Below, piece by piece: positions 40,412-47,799 of a stretch of DNA of 64,000 nt. The notes below the pieces were generated by a model. The model was given only the letters and a program-made list of their open reading frames with translations. It did not search any database and was not told the origin of the DNA. The position numbers were made by a program, and so were the translations under genes. Origin of the DNA: Patescibacteria group bacterium (GTDB lineage Bacteria > Patescibacteriota > Microgenomatia > UBA1406); NCBI GenBank assembly GCA_041665145.1, contig JBAYJK010000001.1:229629-293628 (forward strand), in the 5' to 3' direction. How positions within the stretch are numbered: the first letter of the stretch is position 1; the number at the start of each line of letters is the position of its first letter.

Positions 40412-41977
40412 TTAATTAATTTTTTGTGCCGTAACAACAATCCGTATGCTGTTGTCTGCGAAATCACACGTAATGAGTGTCAGTGCCCGATTATCTTTTA
40501 GGATTGCTCCGGTATTGTACTCGTTTACCCGTGCTATATCGGTAACAACAAAGCCGTGGACTGTCTGGTCAATAGTTTTGTAGATCATATCACCTTTATT
40601 CAATTCGACCAGTTTACCGAAGGATCCGGTTGAGTTGTGAGCATAAATAATATTTCCGTACTCAAGCACTTCCCGGTTTCCGATTAGTAATTCTTCGCCG
40701 AGCAATCTGCCCGTATGGAGTAGGGTATGAACATTAATCTTGGGAATATCAAGTGCGACGTTTAATTCGAGAGTGTTGCCGGAGGGCAATTTTGCATGTC
40801 CCTCGGGAGATGCGGATTCTCCGGTTTTCGGAAGTTTTTTGGTTTGTGCACCAAGAACATTGTTGAACGATTCGAGAATGCCTTCAATCAAAGGATTCAA
40901 ATTACTTTCTTCACCGAGAACAGCCGGTGAGCGGGAAGTACTTTCGCCGCTTGCCAATTCTCCTCCACCGGTTCCACCCCACTGAGTCGAGGTACTTGAC
41001 CCTGGTCCAGGAGTTGCGCTCGGGCCCGGTCCAGGAGTAGCTGAAGGGTGTGGTGTTTCTGTTGCTGACGGTCCCGGTATTCCGGTAGCAGTCGGAGTCC
41101 CGCTCGGCGGGATTGTCGGTGTGACTGTCGGTGTTTGGCATGCTGTGTATCTATTGTAAATGACCAATGTCCGATGTGGCCGTTCTGTGTGTAAAACAAT
41201 ATGACCGTCAACATTCATATCCCGTGCATCATCATTAGATGAATCAGAGTCAAAGAGTGTATTGTCATATGGAAACATTGCATTACTTGCCGCCTCTGTT
41301 TCATATTGATCGTTGTAAACAGGATCGGTCCAGCAACCGTTGTCAGGATATGATTCTTCAGTGTAGTAATAATTCCCCATTGGAAGGTTGTAATATGTTA
41401 CGCACTGAGCATCGTTACGTTCGACGGGAGCAAAGTCGGGAAGGTCGGTGTTAAGAGTGAGGGGGGTGGTGAAGGTTGATTGTGGAATTAAACCGTCCGG
41501 GTCTCCCTGCGATGTCATGGGATTCGGAGTGAATCCGCTGATAGTAAATACTGAGCTTGCAGCAAAATTTCCATCATTAACGTTCCCATTAATATCGGCA
41601 ACAACTTTACAAACACGGATTGAACCGAGATTATCCGTCGGCTCGTGTGTTGGGGTTAGTGTCGGCGTCCCGCTCGGCGGGATCGTGGGGGTGGGTGTGC
41701 ATTGTGGTCCACTTGTTGGAGTTGTCGTCGGAGTCACGCTGAGCGTGATTGTCGGAGTAGTAGTCGGAGTTTGTGTTACTGTCGGCGTCGTGGTAGATGT
41801 GGGAATGACCGGTGGTGTTGTAGTTGGGGTTACGCTGAGCGTGATTGTCGGAGTAACAGTCGGAGTTTGTGTTACTGTCGGATACTCTTGCGCGAGTGTC
41901 GCTGATTGGTTCCGTAATTGCAACAACGACAGTAGGAGTAAAAACGTTATTGCGAAACGCGCAAAATAGTTAGCCAT
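40412..41977 (-). CDS. Secreted Thr/Pro-repeat protein with internal LPKTG motif and C-terminal sortase catalytic domain
   Basis: Signal-like N-terminus, PT-rich repeats and a central Cys-containing domain. LPKTG is encoded at 40820-40834. The last ~120 aa have the sortase His (IIYAHNS), Cys (TLITC, Cys codon 40466-40468) and Arg (SIRIVV). Confidence 0.7.
   Translation of the reverse strand: MANYFARFAITFLLLLSLLQLRNQSATLAQEYPTVTQTPTVTPTITLSVTPTTTPPVIPTSTTTPTVTQTPTTTPTITLSVTPTTTPTSGPQCTPTPTIPPSGTPTLTPTHEPTDNLGSIRVCKVVADINGNVNDGNFAASSVFTISGFTPNPMTSQGDPDGLIPQSTFTTPLTLNTDLPDFAPVERNDAQCVTYYNLPMGNYYYTEESYPDNGCWTDPVYNDQYETEAASNAMFPYDNTLFDSDSSNDDARDMNVDGHIVLHTERPHRTLVIYNRYTACQTPTVTPTIPPSGTPTATGIPGPSATETPHPSATPGPGPSATPGPGSSTSTQWGGTGGGELASGESTSRSPAVLGEESNLNPLIEGILESFNNVLGAQTKKLPKTGESASPEGHAKLPSGNTLELNVALDIPKINVHTLLHTGRLLGEELLIGNREVLEYGNIIYAHNSTGSFGKLVELNKGDMIYKTIDQTVHGFVVTDIARVNEYNTGAILKDNRALTLITCDFADNSIRIVVTAQKIN
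41736..41882. repeat. 96-nt-period tandem duplication inside the TP-repeat coding region
   Basis: The 51-nt segment ACGCTGAGCGTGATTGTCGGAGTAGTAGTCGGAGTTTGTGTTACTGTCGG (41736-41786) recurs at 41832-41882 with two mismatches. It encodes PTVTQTPT(V/T)TPTITLSVTP twice. Confidence 0.8.
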
Positions 41978-42090
41978 GATGTATAAAAAATACTATGCGC
42001 AATTGTATCACAGAGAACAGTCTATTGCAACAGTCTGTAAGCTAACTACAGGATAAGAATATTATGGTGAGAGTATCTAAAAAAGGTTAT

Positions 42091-42098
42091 TGTATAAT
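42091..42098 (+). promoter_or_regulatory. -10-like element (TG-TATAAT) positioned as a tRNA promoter for the orphaned tRNA 5' end
   Basis: TGTATAAT at 42091-42098 lies 10 nt upstream of GGAGAGGTGCC (42109). No convincing -35. Confidence 0.35.
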
Positions 42099-42107
42099 TA
42101 CATCTAG

Positions 42108-42119
42108 TGGAGAGGTGCC
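42108..42119 (+). repeat. 12-bp direct repeat, copy 1 (TGGAGAGGTGCC = 1 nt plus the first 11 nt of tRNA-Ser)
   Basis: Identical 12-mer at 42108-42119 and 42469-42480. The second copy is the true 5' end of the tRNA. Confidence 0.85.
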
Positions 42120-42468
42120 GGTCGCCTCCGTCGGCGACCCGCGATTTTGAGCGGGTCGCTTGAATGCGACCCGCCGTTTGAGGCGGGAGTGGTTGCATGA
42201 AGATATGTTTTATTATGTTTATGTACTGAAAAGCGAGAAAGACCACCAGCTATATGTTGGTAAAACTAAGGATTTAAGAAAAAGGTTTAAGGAACACAAT
42301 GATGGGAGGGTACTCGCTACTAAGGGAAGAAGACCTTTTGTCCTGGTTTATTATGAGGCGTTTTCGAATACAACGGATTGTTCGCGCGAGGAACTTTATC
42401 TAAAGTCTGGTATTGGTAGGGAATCTCTAAAGCACAGGCTAAGTAATTTGGACATTATAAATGATAAT
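42120..42468 (+). mobile_element. Putative GIY-YIG-encoding insertion bounded by the 12-bp direct repeats
   Basis: A 349-bp segment between the two repeat copies. It contains a GC-rich hairpin array followed by a small GIY-YIG ORF. Confidence 0.4.
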
Positions 42469-42513
42469 TGGAGAGGTGCCAGAGTGGTTGAACGGGCTAG
42501 TCTCGAAAACTAG
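42205..42513 (+). CDS. GIY-YIG nuclease-family small protein
   Basis: MFYYVYVLKSEKDHQLYVGKTKDLRKRFKEHN (GIY...YVG...R...H) and the YLKSG..RE motif. The ORF only terminates 44 nt inside the tRNA gene. Confidence 0.8.
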   Translation: MFYYVYVLKSEKDHQLYVGKTKDLRKRFKEHNDGRVLATKGRRPFVLVYYEAFSNTTDCSREELYLKSGIGRESLKHRLSNLDIINDNWRGARVVERASLEN

Positions 42514-42556
42514 TAAGGCCGCAAGGTCTTCGGGGGTTCGAATCCCCCCCTCTCCG
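42470..42556 (+). tRNA. tRNA-Ser (anticodon CGA), type II with long variable arm
   Basis: Acceptor GGAGAGG/CCTCTCC, anticodon stem CTAGT/ACTAG with loop CTCGAAA, variable arm TAAGGCCGCAAGGTCTTC and T-arm GGGGG-TTCGAAT-CCCCC, discriminator G. CCA is not encoded. Collinear with E. coli tRNA-Ser. Confidence 0.9.
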
Positions 42557-42714
42557 CATAAAGTCTTCGGTTGCTCCAAGACCCGTCTACTATGCTCGAT
42601 TAGCCCTGTGTGGCTTGCTAAAAAGGCGACGAAAAACGCAAGTATCCCGAACATAGCCTGTAATGTAGAAAATCGCCTAAATGACCCTCAAGGTATTTGC
42701 GCTCGGTTCTAAGC

Positions 42715-43362
42715 TTATACCTGAATAGCAGAAGGGCTACTTTTTACCTCAGGAAATTTAAATTTGACAGCAAATAAAAATAAATAAGTATTTCCTAAAT
42801 AATTATGTTCTTCGAAATTGAACCATTTGTCATAACCATCTGTATAACCCTGTAACTTACCTATAAAATTTTTTCCTATAAAACATTGAATGGATATTCC
42901 TGTTGCCTGATTTGGAATAAGTATATTCTCAATGTTGGTGAATAAACTATCCGGTGTCTTAGTCTTTTTATTTACGAAAAGTTTATCAATTGATGAATTT
43001 ACTAAATTAACACCGATTCCTATTGGAGTCTTCATAAGTAATGTTGGATTTTGAAGGTTGAAATCTTTGCCTTTAAATAAGTCTAATTCTTTCTTACCTG
43101 GAATCGCCATATACTGATTCTGAGGGTTATTTTGAGCCTTAATAATTACCTCTTCTATTACTTCTTTTCCGTTCTTGTGAATGGAAACAGTTTTAAATGT
43201 CAATCTATCGTTAACAGTGTGAAGGCTAAAATGAACATCCACTTTTTTATTGGCGACATTTGTTTTTGGAAGTGAGATGTTAAAATCTTGTCCGTTAATC
43301 AAAATAATTTTTACTAAATTAAAATCATTTACTTTTATTCTCAGAAGATGTTGGATGCCCAC
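42715..43362 (-). CDS. Hypothetical protein
   Basis: 215-aa ORF with no recognisable motif. First gene of the island. Confidence 0.4.
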   Translation of the reverse strand: MGIQHLLRIKVNDFNLVKIILINGQDFNISLPKTNVANKKVDVHFSLHTVNDRLTFKTVSIHKNGKEVIEEVIIKAQNNPQNQYMAIPGKKELDLFKGKDFNLQNPTLLMKTPIGIGVNLVNSSIDKLFVNKKTKTPDSLFTNIENILIPNQATGISIQCFIGKNFIGKLQGYTDGYDKWFNFEEHNYLGNTYLFLFAVKFKFPEVKSSPSAIQV

Positions 43363-43392
43363 CCTTTAATTTTACCTCTAACGGGATGATAA

Positions 43393-44733
43393 TTAAATTA
43401 AAAAGAGTTGCCTATCTGTTAGCCTAAATTTTGATGTCACTCCTGCCAATATCTTGATTCTTTCCTCAGGAGTTCCAAATTGGAGAACGTGGAGTAAATA
43501 TTCTTTGAGCATCTCAGTATGAGTTTCACTATATTCTCTCGGGCTTTGTTCGCCTGTATTGTGAGGGGTGATCTCAATTCGAGGAATATAATCACTATTT
43601 ACGTTTGCTTTAAAATGCTGCAATCGTTTTACTTCTACTTCAAACTCTTGCATAAGATAAGAGGTATTAAGTTTTATTTTTGGTAAATAACCAATGAGCT
43701 GTTTGATCAGTTCTTGCTCGGTAATATATGGTTCAGGACAATCGTACCTCTTGATTCTATTGCAGTGATAATAAATGTGTGAGTTTACGATGTTTGCTTT
43801 GGTTCTTCGATATTTTAGTTCAGCAGTGACGCTTCCACCGCATGATCCGCAAATGCAAATTTTCTTGAACGGAAACAGTTGTTTATTCCATTGTCTCGGT
43901 GCAACTTGGAGTTGAATTTGGACTCTTTCAAAGAGTGCTTTTGTAATAAGTGGTTCATATGTCCCTTTGTACCATATATTTCCGTACTGAAACTCTCCGT
44001 AGTAAAAAGCGTTTTGAAGAGCAACGTAGATCTTGCTCAACGGCATCTTGCATCCGTTTTTTGTAGTGAATCCAATATCGTCAAGCCATTTTTTCACCAT
44101 TCGTCCTGAGAATCCCTGATCCGCAACTTTATGAAAAATCTGTTTAATAACTGGTGCTCGTTCAGGATCAAGTTCAACCGTTGAGATTCTATTTACTTTC
44201 AATACATTTCGATAACCTATCGGTGCGACTCCTGGTCTAATTCCAATCTGGCATTTATTCCGAAGTCCTCGTTTAACATTAACACCTCTATTATCATTTT
44301 CCAGTTTTGCTTGTGAGCAAAGAATCATCAGTAAGAATTTCTCGTTGGGATTATCGGTAAACGATTGAGAGTAGGTTTTGATATGGATCAGTTTCCCTTG
44401 ATCCATCAGGTCTACAATTCGCCCCAAGTCTCCAGCATTTCGAGATAACCGATCAGGTGCCCATGTCAGAATACTGTTGTATCTTTCTTCAGTAACGCCA
44501 TGCAGAAGGTTGTTAAACTCTGGTCGTTGTCCTGATTCTTTGGCAGAGTGACTCTCAGTAATTGTTTCCGTAATATTGAGTTTCTCTCGCTTGGCAAGAA
44601 GTTGCATTTCTTTTAGTTGACCATCAATAGACATTGCTTGTCGCTCATCTGATTCGCTCGATTTACGGGCATAGAGGCAGTACTTTAGCCTGATAGTATC
44701 TTTCATCAGGTCACAAGGTACCGCAATAGTCAT
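43393..44733 (-). CDS. Large serine recombinase (resolvase/integrase family)
   Basis: N-terminal catalytic region CLYARKSSESDERQ..SIDGQ. The central recombinase domain and the Cys-rich zinc ribbon (CICGSCGG ... YYHCNR) are typical of large serine integrases. Confidence 0.85.
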   Translation of the reverse strand: MTIAVPCDLMKDTIRLKYCLYARKSSESDERQAMSIDGQLKEMQLLAKREKLNITETITESHSAKESGQRPEFNNLLHGVTEERYNSILTWAPDRLSRNAGDLGRIVDLMDQGKLIHIKTYSQSFTDNPNEKFLLMILCSQAKLENDNRGVNVKRGLRNKCQIGIRPGVAPIGYRNVLKVNRISTVELDPERAPVIKQIFHKVADQGFSGRMVKKWLDDIGFTTKNGCKMPLSKIYVALQNAFYYGEFQYGNIWYKGTYEPLITKALFERVQIQLQVAPRQWNKQLFPFKKICICGSCGGSVTAELKYRRTKANIVNSHIYYHCNRIKRYDCPEPYITEQELIKQLIGYLPKIKLNTSYLMQEFEVEVKRLQHFKANVNSDYIPRIEITPHNTGEQSPREYSETHTEMLKEYLLHVLQFGTPEERIKILAGVTSKFRLTDRQLFLI

Positions 44734-44800
44734 GCGAAGTCTAGATGCAAAATATCACGGAGGCCATTCATAATATTTGATTAGGTATAATCCTATTAGC

Positions 44801-45220
44801 ATGTATATACAACTCTGGCTGATAGCTGTTCTATTAGTTCTAGCTGTTTTGTTTTATAAATTCCACACAGGTATTGAATATATCGAAAACAATGTACGTT
44901 CCATGAAAAAGAGTCTTTTTTCCTGCGAACCTTTTGATCCCTCTGATTATCAGGATCTTTATGATGCGTTTAATGCTATGGAAGCGAACTATGTAAGGTT
45001 GAAACAAAGGTATTCCGCTGACAAGAAAAAAGTGTATGAGATAGCCCGAGACTGGCACAAGTACGTCGAATCTCTTCTTAAACTCAAAAATGCTAGCCAG
45101 CATCTATCTGTTGGTAGCAGTGACTATACTGGAGAAAATTTTCAAGAAGATACTAAAGAGCCCTACATAATAGAAGCGGAGATCCTTAAAAAATTTGAGA
45201 GTTTATTAGACAAAAGCTAA
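44801..45220 (+). CDS. Hypothetical membrane-anchored protein
   Basis: ATG 44801 gives MYIQLWLIAVLLVLAVLFYKF (one TM). No known domain. Confidence 0.4.
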   Translation: MYIQLWLIAVLLVLAVLFYKFHTGIEYIENNVRSMKKSLFSCEPFDPSDYQDLYDAFNAMEANYVRLKQRYSADKKKVYEIARDWHKYVESLLKLKNASQHLSVGSSDYTGENFQEDTKEPYIIEAEILKKFESLLDKS

Positions 45221-45238
45221 CTTGATTATGTGTTAGTG

Positions 45239-45805
45239 CTACCAATTCCAATATCCAATTCTTCCGTTACAGTCTGCAAATAGGCTGGCGACCTTATAGA
45301 AGTATGTGTTAAATCTCTCGCTATTATTCTTGACAAAATTAGTTATGTTTATATGAAAAGGAACTCCTGGTTCAATATTTTCGGTGTATTTGTAGTACCC
45401 CGTCGGGTAGCGATAATCACTATTAAGGGTAAATTTACATTTCACCCAATTTTCAGTCCCATTATTTGAAATAACTATCTGCATATCCTTGTAATTAACT
45501 GTTCCGTCAAGTGGTTCCGGAGTTGGCGAAGGCGTGTTTGTAGGCAGAGTTGTAGTTATATCTACACTCGAACCCCCCGGGTGAAACAGTCTAGCTACTA
45601 CCACCAAAGCAACTATGATTACAACAGTTCGTATAGCAAACGATTTACTGCTCATGTTGCTACTAATTCTTTTTGTTTCTGGAATATTTGTGGATTTATG
45701 TTCTTGTTCGTGTCTTACAGTTTTTCGATACTCAGCCTCCTCACGCAATTTAGTCCTATAAGCTTCCTCTTCTTTTAATCTGTTTTTTTCTTTTTCTGTC
45801 AACAT
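45239..45805 (-). CDS. Hypothetical single-pass membrane protein
   Basis: Charged N-terminal helix (EKEKNRLKEEEAYR), one TM, a PT-rich linker and a C-terminal beta-rich domain. Confidence 0.4.
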   Translation of the reverse strand: MLTEKEKNRLKEEEAYRTKLREEAEYRKTVRHEQEHKSTNIPETKRISSNMSSKSFAIRTVVIIVALVVVARLFHPGGSSVDITTTLPTNTPSPTPEPLDGTVNYKDMQIVISNNGTENWVKCKFTLNSDYRYPTGYYKYTENIEPGVPFHINITNFVKNNSERFNTYFYKVASLFADCNGRIGYWNW

Positions 45806-45807
45806 GG

Positions 45808-46077
45808 CTAGTTATTATATGCGTCAGCTATTTGCCATAAGTGGATCAAGAACCCTGGCAAAAAGAACATCATGTAACCGATAATTGTGCATATAAAAAT
45901 CAGTAAGCCTTTACCAACTTGACTCTTTACTAGTTGTCCAAGTCCAGGGATAAATAGCGAAAGCAGCGCGGGGAAACCGTGTTTCTGAGTTTGGGTAGCA
46001 ACTATTTGATTACTCATTTGCTCACGATATCGCTCTTCTTCTTCGATTCTGCGTTTTTGGGCTTCTGTTAGTGCCAT
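45808..46077 (-). CDS. Small two-TM membrane protein (TM2-domain-like)
   Basis: The charged N-terminus (EAQKRRIEEEERYR) followed by LSLFIPGLGQL...GKGLLIF...W.IADAY resembles TM2-domain small proteins. Confidence 0.45.
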   Translation of the reverse strand: MALTEAQKRRIEEEERYREQMSNQIVATQTQKHGFPALLSLFIPGLGQLVKSQVGKGLLIFICTIIGYMMFFLPGFLIHLWQIADAYNN

Positions 46078-46087
46078 CTTGACTATG

Positions 46088-46115
46088 ATTATACCGCTAA
46101 TTGTGTATACGTCAA
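46088..46115 (-). promoter_or_regulatory. Candidate sigma-70 promoter for the 46077 minus-strand genes
   Basis: On the minus strand: TTGACG (46115-46110), 16 nt, TATAAT (46093-46088). The predicted transcript start is only a few nt before ATG 46077. Confidence 0.4.
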
Positions 46116-46208
46116 GTCTTTATATAGATTGACATGTCACTCTATATACAACATAAATCTACTATTTGTAGGTTGTACTATCGTACTATAGGGAAGCACA
46201 ATATATAC

Positions 46209-46433
46209 ATGTTGAGCAAGTCCCGTTTTACAGAAATAGTTGGTCAAAATATTAAGAGGATAAGACAAGACAAGGGTTGGTCACAAGACAAATTGTCTGC
46301 CGAGTGTAAGTTTTACAGGACTTATATCAATCTAGTGGAAACCGCCAAAAGAACTCCTTCTTCATACACATTGCACAGGATTGCCGGTGCTCTCGGTGTT
46401 CGGATAGATAAACTATATCCCCTCGTCAAATAA
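46209..46433 (+). CDS. XRE-family helix-turn-helix transcriptional regulator
   Basis: ATG 46209. VGQNIKRIRQDKGWSQDKLSAEC..YRTYINLVE..KR.PS..TL..IA.ALGV is a classic HTH_3 pattern. Confidence 0.75.
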   Translation: MLSKSRFTEIVGQNIKRIRQDKGWSQDKLSAECKFYRTYINLVETAKRTPSSYTLHRIAGALGVRIDKLYPLVK

Positions 46434-47297
46434 AGGCACATGCAATTCTTGTTCCAAAGATCTTTTCACATATGTTAGCGAGTCTCCCTCAAAGCTAGGG
46501 GTAGTTTTCCAATCCAGCATAATTAAATTGTTGTGTACAAATTCAGTAAATAGCGGGTGATTATTGTTAATTGTTGTGATGAATAGACTCTTTTTATCAA
46601 TATAATCCATACTAAACGGGCTTAATGTCTGCTCGTTTTCATCGCCTGTTTTCTCAGAGTCAGCAAAAATACTCTTAAGATTTGTTAGACAGAGTAGGTC
46701 TGGCAAATCTACCATTCCATTAAGAAAAAAATTGAGTGTCAATACATTGTCAGCAATTGCAATAAGTGAATGTAAAGCTGAAGCAAACGCACGAAGTATT
46801 TGCTTGTAGGTTACGGGCTTCATGTAGACTTTAGAAAAAGTCATAAATTTACTGAGCGACTCGGATGAAAATGAACTCTTTTCTGTAAGAGTCTCTATAA
46901 GTTTCTCGTCACGGAAATACCTCAGCTCATTCCATAAAGAAGCACCTCGTAACACGGCTAACTCACTATCTCGGTCATACTTATTGAGTAAGTCAGCAGC
47001 CCATTTGTATGCGTCGTATGTATGCGCGTCTTGAAGTGTATTAAATGATAGTATTTGTTTTAGGTCTTGTTGGTTATACAAACTCCGTACGCTGTCAGCA
47101 GCAATATAAGGGTTTGAAGCTCTTAATGCGTCAGAAGTTTGCTCTTTGAGCTGTTTAATATTTAGGTACTGCAGTAAAACCGCTTCATATGGAGTAAAAA
47201 TCCCTTTTTCGGCTACTTTTGAAATGAGACTTTGTTGAATCGACACGATATTATTTCTTCCGCAAACTGTTAACTTTTTTTCTAAGTAAAACTTCAC
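46413..47297 (-). CDS. Hypothetical protein
   Basis: 294-aa ORF with no recognisable motif. Last gene of the minus-strand MTase operon. Confidence 0.4.
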   Translation of the reverse strand: MKFYLEKKLTVCGRNNIVSIQQSLISKVAEKGIFTPYEAVLLQYLNIKQLKEQTSDALRASNPYIAADSVRSLYNQQDLKQILSFNTLQDAHTYDAYKWAADLLNKYDRDSELAVLRGASLWNELRYFRDEKLIETLTEKSSFSSESLSKFMTFSKVYMKPVTYKQILRAFASALHSLIAIADNVLTLNFFLNGMVDLPDLLCLTNLKSIFADSEKTGDENEQTLSPFSMDYIDKKSLFITTINNNHPLFTEFVHNNLIMLDWKTTPSFEGDSLTYVKRSLEQELHVPLFDEGI

Positions 47298-47799
47298 TCA
47301 ATACCTCAGATTCTTTTTTCCTGATGACAACATGCTCAGCTTTCATACTGGCTATAAACAATTTAAGAATTAATTGAGCCTGTTTTTCGCCAATGTCACC
47401 CTGCAACACATGTGTCGCAAGCATTTCTTGGCCATCTTTAAAAGTTTCAGTGTTATAGAGTAGCGCTAGTAGTTCTCTCAGTTCTTCATTGCTCATATTT
47501 ATATTTCTACTATTAATATCTGGGTCTTTGTTGTTCAGCCAAAACATGATTGCAGTTAAGTTACCTTCATTCATAAGTTTAACAAGTTGGGTATACGCCA
47601 TGTCTGTAATATTTCTTTTACTTTCTTGAATGTTTTCGTAGGCTTGGCGTTTAAATTCGGGGTCTTCTGCAATCCAGCGGTAAAACGTCTTACGATCAAT
47701 TCCAACAGCATTGCATACTGACAAAATTGTGAAGTTTTTAGTAAGTCGCTCAAGCATTGTCCTTTTTGTCGTGCTCCTTTGTTCATCGGTCATGGGCAA
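47251..47799 (-). CDS. HTH-domain protein (phage small-terminase-like N-terminus)
   Basis: SVCNAVGIDRKTFYRWIAEDPEFK resembles the HTH at the N-terminus of phage TerS-like/regulatory proteins. Weak call. Confidence 0.4.
   Translation of the reverse strand: MPMTDEQRSTTKRTMLERLTKNFTILSVCNAVGIDRKTFYRWIAEDPEFKRQAYENIQESKRNITDMAYTQLVKLMNEGNLTAIMFWLNNKDPDINSRNINMSNEELRELLALLYNTETFKDGQEMLATHVLQGDIGEKQAQLILKLFIASMKAEHVVIRKKESEVLSEVLLRKKVNSLRKK

Noticed and set aside
41448-41969. 173-aa plus-strand ORF rich in GVVVGV repeats
   Set aside because: It is the reverse-complement reading of the Thr/Pro repeat coding region of the minus-strand sortase-fusion gene, so it is an antisense artefact of a codon repeat.
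42439-42712. ORFs 42439-42654 (minus) and 42461-42712 (plus) overlapping the tRNA
   Set aside because: They read through a canonical tRNA-Ser cloverleaf, so they are spurious.
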